This document shows, in pieces, positions 63,735 through 64,000 of a stretch of DNA of 64,000 nt. The stretch lies in NCBI GenBank assembly GCA_964106915.2, contig OZ066918.1, one strand, 5' to 3'. Both the position numbers and the translations under genes were made by a program. Every line of letters starts with the position of its first letter. The stretch's first letter is position 1. The stretch is from Podarcis gaigeae (lineage: Eukaryota). Under the pieces are notes generated by a model, which was not told where the DNA came from, did not search any database, and was given only the letters and a program-made list of their open reading frames with translations.

Positions 63735-63962
63735 TGAGTATTCAAAGCACTTAATATACCTCGTCTTCTAATCGTTGCATCAACTCTATAAAGGTGAGTC
63801 ACATTTATACTGATTATTATACCCATATTGCAGATGGGGTTTGAAGGCTGACATAAGGTGGTTTGCCTAAGGCCACCTAGTGACTTCACAGTTGTGCAAG
63901 ATTCCCACTAGGGACTAATGGATTTTGTAGCTTAGTCTTTTAACCACTTTGCTACATCAGCT
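63735..63962 (-). mobile_element. MIR/CORE-like SINE
   Basis: attatacccatattgcagatgggg..gaaggctga..ttgcctaaggccacctagtga..ttaaccact. Confidence 0.6.
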
Positions 63963-64000
63963 ATTGCTGGCATGATTATGAGTCAATCTTATGGGAGAGA

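Noticed and set aside
33218-64000. Downstream LRMDA exons (YTPLP.. and GKCRYVYYGK..EGNRFI)
   Set aside because: Not found by eye. They are expected beyond the window given the very large introns of this gene, although a short exon hidden in a gap cannot be excluded.

Overview
Vertebrate genomic DNA, most likely a lacertid lizard (inferred from abundant Sauria/Squam1 SINEs, Squam3-like SINEs, BovB, L2/CR1 and hAT/TcMar MITEs). The window lies inside one large + strand gene, LRMDA (C10orf11, the OCA7 pigmentation gene). Three internal coding exons are visible: 10514-10640, 15554-15693 and 33091-33217. The start and stop exons were not found in the window. The intron between the first two exons is a clear minor-spliceosome (U12) AT-AC intron. 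The most unusual structure is an inverted duplication (5142-5691 and 21325-21872) made of ~238 bp of non-SINE sequence, ~98% identical between copies, fused to a 5'-truncated SINE. It brackets exactly those two exons, which together are 267 nt, phase-symmetric and stop-free around a back-splice junction. This makes them a candidate frame-preserving skipping unit or circRNA with an endless ORF. The rest is intronic: transposon remnants, microsatellites, four N gaps and several candidate conserved non-coding elements. Nearly all other ORFs in the supplied track are spurious.
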